A stretch of DNA of 64,000 bases. Source: Clostridiales bacterium. GTDB taxonomy: Bacteria; Bacillota; Clostridia; Oscillospirales; CAG-272. The notes under the pieces were generated by a model. That model did no database searches. It saw nothing but the letters and a program-made list of their open reading frames with translations, and had not been told where the DNA came from. The position numbers and the translations under genes were made by a program. The stretch lies in the NCBI GenBank assembly GCA_022793655.1, contig JAAWDG010000014.1, positions 34,636 to 98,635 on the forward strand, read 5' to 3'. Shown one piece after another: positions 63,628 to 64,000 of the stretch; positions within the stretch are counted from its first letter, which is position 1; each line of letters opens with the position of its first letter.

Positions 63628-64000
63628 ATGAATGTCAAAATCAGAAAATGGAAATTATCCGATGCAAGCCAGCTGGCGCGTGTTCTTTCCAATAAAAATA
63701 TACTAAATAATCTTCGTGACGGCATCCCATATCCTTATACCGAAAAAGACGGCGGGGCGTATATCGCCGCCATGTTGGCGGCCGATGAAAACGATACATT
63801 TGCGTTTGCGATTACAGTGGATAGTCATGTTGTGGGAAGCATTGGCGTTTTTCGTCAAGAAAATATTCAAAAACAGACCGGTGAGCTTGGCTATTATCTG
63901 GCCGAAGAATATTGGGGCAAAGGTGTCATGACCCAAGCAGTGAAACAGATTTGTGCATATGTTTTTGACAAGAGCGATATCATTCGTATCTATGCAGAGC
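63628..64000 (+). CDS. GNAT family acetyltransferase, N-terminal part (runs off the window)
   Basis: My own translation from ATG 63628: MNVKIRKWKLSDASQLARVLSNKNILNNLRDGIPYPYT...GELGYYLAEEYWGKGVMTQAVKQICAYVF. It is open to the window end and absent from the ORF track because no stop codon is reached. Confidence 0.7.
   Translation, partial: MNVKIRKWKLSDASQLARVLSNKNILNNLRDGIPYPYTEKDGGAYIAAMLAADENDTFAFAITVDSHVVGSIGVFRQENIQKQTGELGYYLAEEYWGKGVMTQAVKQICAYVFDKSDIIRIYAE

Noticed and set aside
1-64000. Searched intergenic regions for tRNA, rRNA or tmRNA-like sequences, IS elements or transposases, integrases, and defence or toxin-antitoxin gene pairs.
   Set aside because: No cloverleaf-type sequence with T-loop (GGTTCGAATCC-like) or rRNA-like segment was seen. 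No ORF had DDE, tyrosine- or serine-recombinase, nuclease-helicase, or toxin-like motifs.

Overview
This 64-kb window looks like a chromosomal segment from a Firmicutes/Clostridia-type genome. Supporting signs are an SLH-anchored wall protein, a V-type ATPase operon, a hisZ-containing his operon and sigma-A style promoters. Nearly all genes are on the + strand. The left ~4.5 kb is the end of a phage-derived structural module (portal-like gene plus 4 small or unknown ORFs) that stops at a strong terminator. The rest is mostly housekeeping: asnS, an aminotransferase, purB, secDF, alr, an ACT/UPF0210 pair fused onto a 9-gene V-ATPase operon, pgk-tpiA, pepF, rnhA and hisZGDCBHAFI plus a PHP histidinol phosphatase. 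Interspersed with these are envelope and surface proteins, a small AT-rich islet with duplicated XRE regulators, and two tandem two-component systems. I found no rRNA, tRNA, CRISPR array, transposase or recognisable defence or toxin system. The most unusual signal is non-coding. About 10 co-oriented copies of a structured repeat occur in the window. Each unit is a hairpin with conserved CTAAGA...TCTTAT flanks plus a multi-stem junction closed by AAAGTTTAYC/GGTAAACTTT. They form two tandem arrays (24666-24926 and 40541-40850) and several single copies in leaders and 3' ends. Stems differ between copies while pairing is kept, and the non-canonical pairs are G-T only on the + strand, which argues for a conserved RNA-level structure of unknown function. 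All product calls come from reading the translated ORFs and motifs by eye. No database search was possible.
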